A stretch of 64,000 bases of DNA from Methanomassiliicoccales archaeon (GTDB taxonomy: Archaea > Thermoplasmatota > Thermoplasmata > Methanomassiliicoccales > UBA472), in assembly GCA_013415865.1 (NCBI GenBank), contig CP058896.1, positions 971,957 to 1,035,956 of the forward strand, in the 5' to 3' direction. The position numbers and the translations under genes are program-made. How positions within the stretch are numbered: position 1 is the stretch's first letter; every line of letters begins with the position of its first letter. Below, piece by piece: positions 25,399 through 34,129 of this stretch. The notes beneath the pieces were generated by a model that did no database searches, was not told the origin of the DNA, and saw only the letters and a list, made by a program, of their open reading frames with translations.

Positions 25399-26457
25399 AT
25401 GGACAAGAACGTCATGGAGACCCTCATAGACCTGTTATTGATAGAGAGCGACCACACCAAGGACAAGAAGGAAATGGTGGATTATGTTGTAGGTTGGCTC
25501 CGCAATCTGGGTCTGGAGGTGGATATTGTCGGTGACCCCGCCGTCCCTGCCATCAGCGCCTATAATGGCTACAACGGTATAGCATTGGCGGGGCATCTGG
25601 ACACTGTCCCGATAGGTATGAACTGGACCTATGAGCAGGGAGAGGTGGAGGGCAACAGGGTCTACGGTCGGGGAGCTGCCGACATGAAGGGCGCCTGTGC
25701 CTGCATGCTGCACGCGGCCAAGGCCCTGATGAAAGAGGACGTGGATTTCTATGTCCTGTTCACGACCGACGAGGAGATGAGGATGAGCGGGGCCAAGGCT
25801 CTCCTGCACTCGCATGCCGTCAAGAACGCCTGTGGAATGGTCATCGGTGAGCCTACCGACCTGAGGGTGGCATATAAGGAGAAAGGGGTCTCCCAGATAG
25901 AGCTGACCACAAAAGGAAGGACCGCCCATGCAAGCATGCCGAAGCTAGGTGACAATGCGATCATCAAGATGAACCGTCTTCTGAGCAGGGTCGAGGCCTA
26001 TGCTGAAGAGGTGAACGCGGACGGGAGCGGGCTGACCGTCGGTGTGAACGTGATAAGGGGTGGGGAGAAGAGCAACGTGGTACCAGACCTCTGCAGAGCG
26101 GAATTGGATGTAAGGACACCCTATCCCATGAAGGCCGAGGATGTCGTAGAGGAGCTGAGGAGCAGGTTGAATGGACTGGAATTTGAAGTGAGGATAGCTC
26201 ATGAAGTGCCTTCTTTCCAGACCAGCCCTGACTCCCCCCTGTTGAGGGCCGCTCTCGAGATGCTCGGCACCGAGGCGATAGAAGTGCCTTATGCAACTGA
26301 GGCTGCGATCTACAGCAAGGAGGTAAAGGACATATTGATCTGCGGCCCTGGGGACCTCAGACTAGCCCATTCTCCTGATGAATATGTCGAAAAAGAGCAG
26401 TTGGGGCGCACTGTCGATCTATATGTCCATCTTGCAAAGATCATGGCTCAGGGATAG
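25399..26457 (+). CDS. M20-family metallopeptidase / deacylase (ArgE/DapE/LysK-like)
   Basis: ORF track (352 aa). Contains GHLDTVP, GRGAADMKG and TTDEE. TAG stop. Confidence 0.8.
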   Translation: MDKNVMETLIDLLLIESDHTKDKKEMVDYVVGWLRNLGLEVDIVGDPAVPAISAYNGYNGIALAGHLDTVPIGMNWTYEQGEVEGNRVYGRGAADMKGACACMLHAAKALMKEDVDFYVLFTTDEEMRMSGAKALLHSHAVKNACGMVIGEPTDLRVAYKEKGVSQIELTTKGRTAHASMPKLGDNAIIKMNRLLSRVEAYAEEVNADGSGLTVGVNVIRGGEKSNVVPDLCRAELDVRTPYPMKAEDVVEELRSRLNGLEFEVRIAHEVPSFQTSPDSPLLRAALEMLGTEAIEVPYATEAAIYSKEVKDILICGPGDLRLAHSPDEYVEKEQLGRTVDLYVHLAKIMAQG

Positions 26458-27746
26458 ACCCTTGCCACCGTCCTCGGGAACGGTATGGCATCCCTGATGT
26501 GCTCGAGCTTGCAGACCCATCTGACCACGCGCTCTATGCCAAGGCCGAAGCCGGAGTGCGGGACGGACCCGAACCTCCTCAGGTCAAGATACCATTGATA
26601 TGCTTCAACAGGTACCTGATGCTCCTCCAACCTGGCAAGAAGTTTGTTAAGGTCGGTCTCCCTCTCGCTGCCCCCGATTATCTCCCCGTAGCCTTCAGGC
26701 GCAAGAAGGTCCGCGCACTTCACGGTCCTTGGGTCCTCAGGGTCTTCTTTCATGTAGAAGGCCTTGCACTCCTTCGGGAAGTTCATGACAAAGGTGGGTA
26801 CCTTCTCATCCTCTGTCACGGCCCTCTCCTCCGGTGCCCCAAGGTCCGAGCCCCATTCGATCTCGAAGTTCTTTTTCTTCAACCTGTCGATCATCTGGGA
26901 GTAGGTCACCCTTTTGAAAGGGGGCGCTATCTCCTTGAGGTCCTCGATGTCCCGCCCGAGAAGTCTGAGCTCCTCGGGGCGCTCCTGGACGGCCTTATCT
27001 ACCATCGCCGATACCAGCTTCTCCTGTATCTCCATGTTCTGAGCGTTGTCCGTCCAGGCCTCCTCCAGCTCGAGGTGCCAAAATTCGGTCAGATGTCTGG
27101 TCGTCCGGGACTTCTCGGCCCTGAATGAGGGCGTTATTGCGTATACCCTCTCCAACGAGAATATCATGGCCTCCAGATACATCTGCGCGCTCTGGCTCAG
27201 GAATGCCTGGTCATCGAAGTATTTCAGCTTGAAGAGGGTCACCCCGCCCTCGCAGGCATTTTTTGTAAGTATAGGCGGTGTCACCTCGTAGAACTCGTTC
27301 GAGTTGAGCCATTCCCTTGCCCCCTTCATCAAGGATGCTTTGACCTTCATCACCGCGGTCTGTTCCCTGGACCTGATCCAAAGGTGCCTGTTGTCAAGAA
27401 GGAGCTCCTCGCTCTGATATTCGGTTATGGGGAACGGTGCTGCAGCACCGATAAGATGGAAGGATGTGGCCCTTATCTCATAGCCACCGGGGGCCCTTTC
27501 GTCCTTGAACATCCTGCCCTTGACGACCACGGATGATTCTATCTGGGAGCGCTGAGCGTCCTCGAACTCCTTGTCTGGAAGATTCCCCTTCTTTATTGTG
27601 ACCTGTATAACACCTGTCGAGTCCCTGAGGACATCGAACACGATCTTCCCACTGCTCCTGGTGCGGTAGACCCAGCCACGGACCTCGACGTCGGAGTCGA
27701 AGACTGGCTGTTTCAGAAGGTCGCTGATGTGGGATGCTGGGCACAT
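26448..27746 (-). CDS. asnS: Asparaginyl-tRNA synthetase (class IIb)
   Basis: ORF track 26448..27767 (TTG start); the ATG at 27746 is an alternative. Motif FRAEKSRTTRHLTEFWHLELE is AsnRS-type, and the C-terminus has GFGLGIERV. Confidence 0.85.
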   Translation of the reverse strand: MCPASHISDLLKQPVFDSDVEVRGWVYRTRSSGKIVFDVLRDSTGVIQVTIKKGNLPDKEFEDAQRSQIESSVVVKGRMFKDERAPGGYEIRATSFHLIGAAAPFPITEYQSEELLLDNRHLWIRSREQTAVMKVKASLMKGAREWLNSNEFYEVTPPILTKNACEGGVTLFKLKYFDDQAFLSQSAQMYLEAMIFSLERVYAITPSFRAEKSRTTRHLTEFWHLELEEAWTDNAQNMEIQEKLVSAMVDKAVQERPEELRLLGRDIEDLKEIAPPFKRVTYSQMIDRLKKKNFEIEWGSDLGAPEERAVTEDEKVPTFVMNFPKECKAFYMKEDPEDPRTVKCADLLAPEGYGEIIGGSERETDLNKLLARLEEHQVPVEAYQWYLDLRRFGSVPHSGFGLGIERVVRWVCKLEHIRDAIPFPRTVARVYP

Positions 27747-27856
27747 TTTGAACACGCTCCCGTCCAATCAATGTACGGATATCTCATGATTTCGATTGCG
27801 CAACGGTGCCGTGTTGCCTGACAAGCGTTATCAATTGGCTTGAGGATGGTCCATCG

Positions 27857-28297
27857 ATGAACATCCGCCCTGCCTCGATGGACGACCTAGACGGCCTTCT
27901 GGAAATAGAGGTCTCCTGCTTTGGGAGCGAAAGGTTCGATTCCAAGATGCTGACGAGCATCATGCTGGATGAGCGCAACGAGACGTTCGTCGCGGAGGAG
28001 GGGCATGTCATCATAGGGTCTGCCATGGTCCATCATGATCCTGCATTAGGACGTTCCAGGATCCTGTCCATCGCCATCCTTCCTTCTGAGAGGGAGAGGG
28101 GGAAAGGAAGGGCGCTTTTGGAGCATCTCGAGGAAATGGCGAGATCTAAGGGCTCCAAGATAATGGAGCTTGAGGTCAGGATCGTCAATGTTGCGGCCAT
28201 AGGGCTCTATCTCTCATCGGGATATCGTCCCCAAGGGATCATACCGAACTACTTTGGTCGAGGAGAGGATGCCCTCTATATGGAGAAATCCCTCTAA
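27857..28297 (+). CDS. rimI: GNAT N-acetyltransferase (RimI-like)
   Basis: ORF track 27806..28297, trimmed to ATG 27857 (MNIRPASMDDLDGLLEIE...). Acetyl-CoA site RERGKGRALL. Confidence 0.75.
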   Translation: MNIRPASMDDLDGLLEIEVSCFGSERFDSKMLTSIMLDERNETFVAEEGHVIIGSAMVHHDPALGRSRILSIAILPSERERGKGRALLEHLEEMARSKGSKIMELEVRIVNVAAIGLYLSSGYRPQGIIPNYFGRGEDALYMEKSL

Positions 28298-28440
28298 GAT
28301 GGCCCCATCTCTGACCGAGCATTTCCATCATCTGGATGCCTCTCAGTTCATCCGATGGTTGACAAAAATGATTTATATAGAGGGTTGTATTCCGCTTTTT
28401 GTCATGCCCTCATATGGGTGTTGGCTCGAGGTAGGTTTCC

Positions 28441-28608
28441 ATGGAAGAGTCTCTGTGCAACGTCGAGTTCCTCAAGAACAACAACACATTCATAGCCCGC
28501 GTGCAAAGCGAGCTCGGTGGCCTTAGGGAATACCAGAGCTCGAGCCTCGAAGAGGTTCTGGAACAGGTCATCATCGATCTGCAGGAAGAGTTCGAAACCT
28601 CGATGTGA
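28441..28608 (+). CDS. Candidate small acidic protein (55 aa), weakly HicB/UPF0150-like
   Basis: Not in the track (under 60 aa). Translation: MEESLCNVEFLKNNNTFIARVQSELGGLREYQSSSLEEVLEQVIIDLQEEFETSM. A GAGGT lies 8 nt upstream and a TATA-like atttatatag is at about 28371..28380. The competing track ORFs in this gap have no such signals. Confidence 0.4.
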   Translation: MEESLCNVEFLKNNNTFIARVQSELGGLREYQSSSLEEVLEQVIIDLQEEFETSM

Positions 28609-28663
28609 GCGTCAGTACCCTTTGTAACCGCCCTGAGAAGGATCGTCAAGCGGGGGTTTAGCT

Positions 28664-28999
28664 GTGCCGGAAGAGGAAAAGAACGGTATCGATAAGGTCA
28701 TGTCATCCTATTATGGAGATGACCAAGTGACCGCTATCATCAACCTAAAGGTCGACACCAAAGAGGCCGACAAGATCGCGCAGAAGGTCTCAGAGATCGA
28801 CATAGTCGAAGATGTGTTCCTGGTCACTGGCGACACCGACATCGTCGTCAAGACCAAGTTCAAGAACTATAACCAGCTCAAAAGGTTCTTAGTTGAGGAC
28901 ATTTCCGTCATCAACGGTGTGAAGGACACCAAGACGCTAATGGTCGTGACCACGTTCAAAGAGAATGGCGAGGTCAAAGAAGAGGGCCAAGAAAGCTAG
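28664..28999 (+). CDS. Lrp/AsnC ligand-binding (RAM) domain protein
   Basis: ORF track (111 aa, GTG start). Contains VTAIINLKVD...DIVEDVFLVTGDTDIVVK...GVKDTKTLMV, typical of the stand-alone AsnC_trans_reg domain. Confidence 0.65.
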   Translation: MPEEEKNGIDKVMSSYYGDDQVTAIINLKVDTKEADKIAQKVSEIDIVEDVFLVTGDTDIVVKTKFKNYNQLKRFLVEDISVINGVKDTKTLMVVTTFKENGEVKEEGQES

Positions 29000-29031
29000 G
29001 TTCATAATTACGATACAAAGGAGGTAATAAA

Positions 29032-29307
29032 ATGGCAGTCGATCCAAAGATTAAGCTTGGCCAGATCATCGAGGTCCTTGACCAGCTTGCCGAGGACACT
29101 TCGGTCCCAAGGAACATCCGCCGCGGGGCCACTGAGGCTAAGACCAGGCTCGAACATCCGACCGAGCCCATGGACGTCAAGATCGCAGGAGCGATAGGCA
29201 AGCTTGATGACCTGGCGAATGACCCGAACATACCGATGCACGGAAGAACGGTCATTTACAGGATAATCACCGAGCTAGAGAACGTCCTGAAGATCGTCAG
29301 CAAATGA
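29032..29307 (+). CDS. UPF0147-family small protein
   Basis: ORF track (91 aa). Contains DTSVPRNIRRGATEAK...LDDLANDPNIPMHGRT, as in the archaeal UPF0147 family. Confidence 0.7.
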   Translation: MAVDPKIKLGQIIEVLDQLAEDTSVPRNIRRGATEAKTRLEHPTEPMDVKIAGAIGKLDDLANDPNIPMHGRTVIYRIITELENVLKIVSK

Positions 29308-29367
29308 TGATCTCGGGGCCTCTTACCCGACAAGCACATCTATTGAAACGTACATCCGAGAAAACAT

Positions 29368-29439
29368 GCGGGTATAGTCTAGTGGTCAGGACAGAAGCTT
29401 CCCAAGCTTCGAGCCCGGGTTCGAATCCCGGTACCCGCA
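29368..29439 (+). tRNA. tRNA-Gly (anticodon CCC)
   Basis: GCGGGTA TA GTCT AGTGGTCA GGAC A GAAGC TTCCCAA GCTTC GAGC CCGGG TTCGAAT CCCGG TACCCGC A. This is a complete 72-nt cloverleaf without an intron. Confidence 0.93.
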
Positions 29440-29460
29440 CTCCATATCATCGAACCTTGA

Positions 29461-30612
29461 TCATATCTGTAGGGCCTTCTGTCCGACCGGAAGATAGATG
29501 TTGAACACCGAGCCCTTACCTATCTCGCTCTTTACCTCGATCCAACCACCATGACCTTTGACCACACCATATGCTATCGACAGCCCGAGCCCGGTCCCTT
29601 TGCCCTCAGGTTTGGTGGTGAAGAAAGGGTCGAACATTCTCGACATGACCTCTGGCGTCATGCCGATTCCCGAGTCGGACACAGTTAGGACCACGTAACA
29701 CCCGGGAGAGGCGCCATTATTGACGGCCGCCTCACTGACGACCTCATTCCTGAGGGAGATGAGCAATGTGCCTCCAGAGGGCATGGCATCCCTTGCGTTG
29801 GTGACCAGGTTCACCAACATCTGTTCCAGCATCCCCTGGTCCCCTTCGACCGGCCACAATCCTTCCTCCTTTTCGTACCTGACCTCAATGCCGGCGGGTA
29901 AGAGGCTCTCTATAAGCTGAAGTGTCCCGTATGCGACCGAGCCTAGGTCCACTGTCGACCTGTTCATTGGTTGTCTCCTGCTCACCAATAGCAGTTTGTT
30001 CACAAGTTCGGACGCTCTCATCGAGGCCTCATTGATGTTGTCGGCATACCTCTCCGTCTTGCTCCCCTTTTCGGAATGGGCCTTGATCAGGTCCGAGTTG
30101 CCCTTTATGACTGTAAGAAGGTTCTTGAGGTCATGCGCCAGTCCGGCCGCCATGCTTCCGATCGCTTCCATCTTTTGTGAATGGAACACTTGTTCCTGCA
30201 ATTTTCTGTTGAGCTCCTCCGTCCTTTTCATGTCGTCTATGTCGATGACGGTGCCGATATACCCCATGAATGTGCCGTCCTCCGTGATGATCGGTTTCGC
30301 TGAGTCCAGGACCCATCTGTATGTACCATCATGACGTCTGATCCTGTATTCCATCCTGAGAGGGAGCCTCTCATCGAAGGACCGGTTATAGGTCTGGATG
30401 CACATCTCTTTGTCCTCCGGATGGAGCCCCTCCGTCCATCCGTCGCCAAGCTCCTCCTCCATTCTCCTTCCTCTGAACTCTAACCATGGCCTGTTGAAAA
30501 AGATGCACTGCTTGTCGGCCCCTGAGACCCAGATCATGACCGGTGCCAGATCGGCCATCAACCTTGCACTTACCCGTTCCACCCTCAGTAAGGGAGCGTT
30601 TGATGATAACAC
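29461..30612 (-). CDS. PAS-domain sensor histidine kinase (no adjacent response regulator)
   Basis: ORF track (383 aa). PAS region (FFNRPWLEFRGR...YRIRRHDGTYRWV), H-box AAGLAHDLKNLL, and HATPase N/G boxes (NARDAM, DSGIGM, GTGLGL). Confidence 0.9.
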   Translation of the reverse strand: MLSSNAPLLRVERVSARLMADLAPVMIWVSGADKQCIFFNRPWLEFRGRRMEEELGDGWTEGLHPEDKEMCIQTYNRSFDERLPLRMEYRIRRHDGTYRWVLDSAKPIITEDGTFMGYIGTVIDIDDMKRTEELNRKLQEQVFHSQKMEAIGSMAAGLAHDLKNLLTVIKGNSDLIKAHSEKGSKTERYADNINEASMRASELVNKLLLVSRRQPMNRSTVDLGSVAYGTLQLIESLLPAGIEVRYEKEEGLWPVEGDQGMLEQMLVNLVTNARDAMPSGGTLLISLRNEVVSEAAVNNGASPGCYVVLTVSDSGIGMTPEVMSRMFDPFFTTKPEGKGTGLGLSIAYGVVKGHGGWIEVKSEIGKGSVFNIYLPVGQKALQI

Positions 30613-30719
30613 GTTTTCAGCCTTTCAAGAAACCGATGCTTGAACTAATAAATTCTATCCCGTGAATGAAATATTCGAAGATTGACGGGGCGGGATGGCC
30701 GCGCCGCCTTTTTTTAAGT

Positions 30720-31124
30720 TCACTCCGTCGGTTTCCCGTCGTACTCTTCCGGCTCGGCCAATGCCTGCGCCTTGGTGTGACGGACGGTCTTGTCCATGTG
30801 CTCCGGCGGCGAGTATATCGTATAGAGCTTGAGGTCCTTCTTCTTGGAGGTATTGACCACGTTGTGCTTCGCCCCCGATGGTACAATGACGGCCATGCCG
30901 TCCTTCACTTTATGCACCACATCATTGATTATGACCTCTCCCTCTCCCTCCTCGAACCTGAAGAACTGGTCTACTGTATCGTGTACCTCAGAGCCTATCT
31001 CCTCGCCGGGCCTCAGGGTCATGAGCACCAGCTGGCTATACTTACCTGTATACAGCACACGGCGGAAATCGGTGTTCTTGACAGTCTCCTTCTCGATGTC
31101 AGTGATAAATCCCTTCTTTGCCAT
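30720..31124 (-). CDS. Cupin-domain protein
   Basis: ORF track 30720..31154, with ATG 31124 preferred. Cupin motifs are GEEIGSEVHDTVDQFFRFEEGEG and PSGAKHNVVN. Confidence 0.7.
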   Translation of the reverse strand: MAKKGFITDIEKETVKNTDFRRVLYTGKYSQLVLMTLRPGEEIGSEVHDTVDQFFRFEEGEGEVIINDVVHKVKDGMAVIVPSGAKHNVVNTSKKKDLKLYTIYSPPEHMDKTVRHTKAQALAEPEEYDGKPTE

Positions 31125-31262
31125 TTCATCCCTCTCCTTAGAACAACCTTCCATCTTTCAATATTAAATTGTGATAAGCATTCACAGACCCCATGATATT
31201 AATTTTTTATGCGCCCCTACATCAATGCCTACGGGCGTTGCAAAATGACCTATGCCCGACCC

Positions 31263-31910
31263 TCATCCAGATCTTTGTTTCACAGCCCGTGCGAGCTCCT
31301 TTGTCTGCTTGAAGGCGTCCTCTATGAGCTTTAAGGAGCAGCTCCTGCTCTCATGCCTCAGCTCAAGGCGGTCGGCGAACTCCTTCGAGCGCTTCTCCCA
31401 ATGGTCCCTATCACCCACGTTGGTATCTATGAACAGACACCTCTGGTATCCCTCGAACATCATCTTCATGAAGTACATCGGGTCATAACCTTCATCCATC
31501 ATCGAATCCAGATGGAGCTCCCTGATCGCGCCTTCGATCCCCACCTCGGCCCAGCCAGGGGTATTGAACCACGTGCCTGTGCACTGCCTCTTCTCCTCGG
31601 CATAGCCCTGAGGTGTGAGCACCGCGGCAATGCAATCGTCCACCTCCAGCATAACCGTGGGGACCCTTATCTCCTGGGTCACCCCTTTCAGGGACTGGCA
31701 TATGGCATATCCGAGGAATACCGCGTCGACCTTTCCCTCGAGAGCGTTGACCTTGTCCAGAACAGTGAACCTCAGCTTCGGCGGGTCTATGTGCAGGGCA
31801 TACTCAAGATACTCCTTGTGTACCACATCTGGGTCGTCACCGACCACCTTGTCTATCTCCCTTTTTATGACATCGCAACCGATGACGCCGATCCTGACCC
31901 CTTCGGACAT
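31263..31910 (-). CDS. DUF1638-family protein
   Basis: ORF track (215 aa). The N-terminal IGVIGCDVIKREI and the overall pattern resemble DUF1638, often found near corrinoid methyltransferase genes. This is from recollection and not searched. Confidence 0.5.
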   Translation of the reverse strand: MSEGVRIGVIGCDVIKREIDKVVGDDPDVVHKEYLEYALHIDPPKLRFTVLDKVNALEGKVDAVFLGYAICQSLKGVTQEIRVPTVMLEVDDCIAAVLTPQGYAEEKRQCTGTWFNTPGWAEVGIEGAIRELHLDSMMDEGYDPMYFMKMMFEGYQRCLFIDTNVGDRDHWEKRSKEFADRLELRHESRSCSLKLIEDAFKQTKELARAVKQRSG

Positions 31911-31974
31911 CAGTATGGTTAAGGGAACATAGTATTATAATAGATTTCCACCCCGGTGGTGGTAGAAGCTGGCG

Positions 31975-33888
31975 CTACTCTTTTCTCATATCGTCCTCGG
32001 TTCCTTGACCTTCTATTTTCATATGGTCTGGTCCATCGACATTATTCAAGGAAACCTCCGCGCTCAAGCTTGCTCTGTCATAAGGGCCGGTCACATCGAC
32101 CTTTCTCTGCTTCTTTACGATGGATCCGAAGGCCGCCCTTCTTTGGGCCTTGTCCTTGATGTTCTTTGTTTTCAGGGGGGAGGGGGCTCTCTGAATGCTC
32201 TTAACATTGAGCGCATGACCTTCTCCATGTGCCCTTACAGCACGTGAGGTCGTATGCATCATGACGATAAGAGATACGAGATATCCAAGGAGCACAAGGA
32301 GGCTGGACCACCAGATGATCGTGAACATGAACGTGGCCAGGACGATCGCGGCCATGGCCGCGGTGATGAAGGCGGATATGAACCTGCTTATCTGCCTAGG
32401 GTCCCTGACAGCGACACCGAGATTGTCGTAATTGCAGGTCCTCACGATCCCAAGGAACTCCTTTTCAGCGAGCGGGTACATCCAGGCCGTCACGGTAAGC
32501 ACGGCCGTCAAGACCATTAGCTGGGGGGGGCCGTTGGTTATCATGAGGAGGATGAGGAGGATGAAGTAGCTTACAAGAAGTGCGTCCATACGTCTCGTCC
32601 TTTGGAACAGCTTCAATGATGACGGAAGTATCACCTTCCCTACTGTCCTGTTGATAAGCGCCGCGGAAAGGCGAACTGATGATGGCAATATCTTTCTAAA
32701 GAAGTCCGCTATAGAGCCGCTTGCCCTCATCAAAGCAGGGGTCATCATGCTCATTGAAAAACAGAAGGCCCCAGCAAAGGGGTGGATGACCGATGCTTTT
32801 GTCACGCCCACCGAGTTCGACCCTATGGTGGCGAACATCACCGATTCGGCCCCTCTCCCGCACATCGAGGAGCCCATGAACGCGGCCCCTTTTGGCCCGA
32901 AACCTAGGAAATATGCAAGGGCTCCGGTAAGAAGGAGGTCGCTGAGAATGACGAGAGGTATGGCCAGGACCACTATCGGAAGGACGGTCCCGAACATCGC
33001 CGGGTCTATCATCATGCCGAAGGAGACAAAGAAGACGGCCACGAAGGCGTCCTTGAAGGGGGAGATCCTTTCCTCCAACCGTTTTGACAGTCTCGACTCT
33101 GCAAAGACCATGCCCAGGAAGAACGCCCCGATTATCGCTGGGACGCCCGCCGCCTCGGCCAGTGCCGCCGACAGCAGCAACATCCCCAGGGCAAAGAGGA
33201 CGAACAGCTCATCGTTCTTGATCCGTTCGATCTGCTTTATCGTCCGCGGTATCACCAACAGGGCAAGAAAAATGAAGAATGCATAGAACGCGACAATGCC
33301 TACGATCATCTGGGTAAGGCTGAACGGGTCCACCGCATTGGACTTGAAGATAAGGCCGCCGGCGATGGTCATCAGCACCATCGATACGAAGTCCTCAACG
33401 ACAAGTATCCCAAGGAGAAACTCTGTCTCTGGAGCGGACATCTTCTGCATCTCGAGAAGGGATTTCCCTGTTATGGCCGCCGAGCCCATGGCGAAGACGC
33501 CGGCGAGGAACACCGTGTCGATGATGGGCCATCCAAGTATGTACCCGATGGTCACCCCCATGAACATGTCCAGGCCAGTGTTGAGCAGGGCCACGATCAA
33601 TGCGGGCGACCTCGTCCGTCTTAGCTTGCTGAAAGAGAACTCCAGCCCGACGAAGAACATGAGGAGGGTGAGCCCGAACATGGACAATGCGGAGATTAGG
33701 TCAGTATCGTGGACGAGACCGTCGTACCTCCAACCGAACAGCTCGAGGGCCATATGAGGCCCGATGAGCATCCCGGCCAGGATATAGCCTATGATGACGC
33801 TCTGCTTGGCCTTCATGGCCAAGGCTGCGCCTATGAAAGACACTATCATGATCGCCCCGATCTCGAATATCAGGTTGCTCGTCTCCAT
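31975..33888 (-). CDS. Cation:proton antiporter (CPA2/Kef-type) with extra C-terminal TM segments and a charged tail
   Basis: ORF track (637 aa). The first roughly 390 aa are typical of the Na+/H+ exchanger family (multi-TM, GLEFS motif). The C-terminal 240 aa add TM helices and a Lys/Arg-rich tail. Confidence 0.8.
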   Translation of the reverse strand: METSNLIFEIGAIMIVSFIGAALAMKAKQSVIIGYILAGMLIGPHMALELFGWRYDGLVHDTDLISALSMFGLTLLMFFVGLEFSFSKLRRTRSPALIVALLNTGLDMFMGVTIGYILGWPIIDTVFLAGVFAMGSAAITGKSLLEMQKMSAPETEFLLGILVVEDFVSMVLMTIAGGLIFKSNAVDPFSLTQMIVGIVAFYAFFIFLALLVIPRTIKQIERIKNDELFVLFALGMLLLSAALAEAAGVPAIIGAFFLGMVFAESRLSKRLEERISPFKDAFVAVFFVSFGMMIDPAMFGTVLPIVVLAIPLVILSDLLLTGALAYFLGFGPKGAAFMGSSMCGRGAESVMFATIGSNSVGVTKASVIHPFAGAFCFSMSMMTPALMRASGSIADFFRKILPSSVRLSAALINRTVGKVILPSSLKLFQRTRRMDALLVSYFILLILLMITNGPPQLMVLTAVLTVTAWMYPLAEKEFLGIVRTCNYDNLGVAVRDPRQISRFISAFITAAMAAIVLATFMFTIIWWSSLLVLLGYLVSLIVMMHTTSRAVRAHGEGHALNVKSIQRAPSPLKTKNIKDKAQRRAAFGSIVKKQRKVDVTGPYDRASLSAEVSLNNVDGPDHMKIEGQGTEDDMRKE

Positions 33889-34129
33889 CGAAATCCGGGG
33901 CCGAGGCCCCGATGCAAACCACTGGCCCGGACGATGTCGCGTATGATCGCTGGCCGGAGCAGGGGTGTCCCTGGACCTATTTCACCATCCTCTCGCGCCC
34001 ATCCGCATCTGAACGGGCCTTGTGCATCCCGAAGGCCGCATTCCGTTCCGAAGATATTAATGATTCGTGACCACCACACCTCTGTTGACCAGTAGGAGAA
34101 CATATCGTTATGTTCTTCCTATACTGCCT

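Noticed and set aside
32523-32530. G8 homopolymer inside the antiporter gene (also C7 at 49461..49467 in endA and a G-run near 3541 in rpoB) as phase-variation sites
   Set aside because: All frames are intact and the runs encode ordinary Pro/Gly codons. There is no evidence of slippage from a single sequence. They matter only as potential sequencing-error hotspots.
33709-34103. 128-aa (+) and 77-aa (-) ORFs in the antiporter-rtcA spacer
   Set aside because: Their composition is Arg/Pro/His-rich with no start signals. They partly overlap the antiporter 5' end and are likely non-coding promoter/leader DNA.
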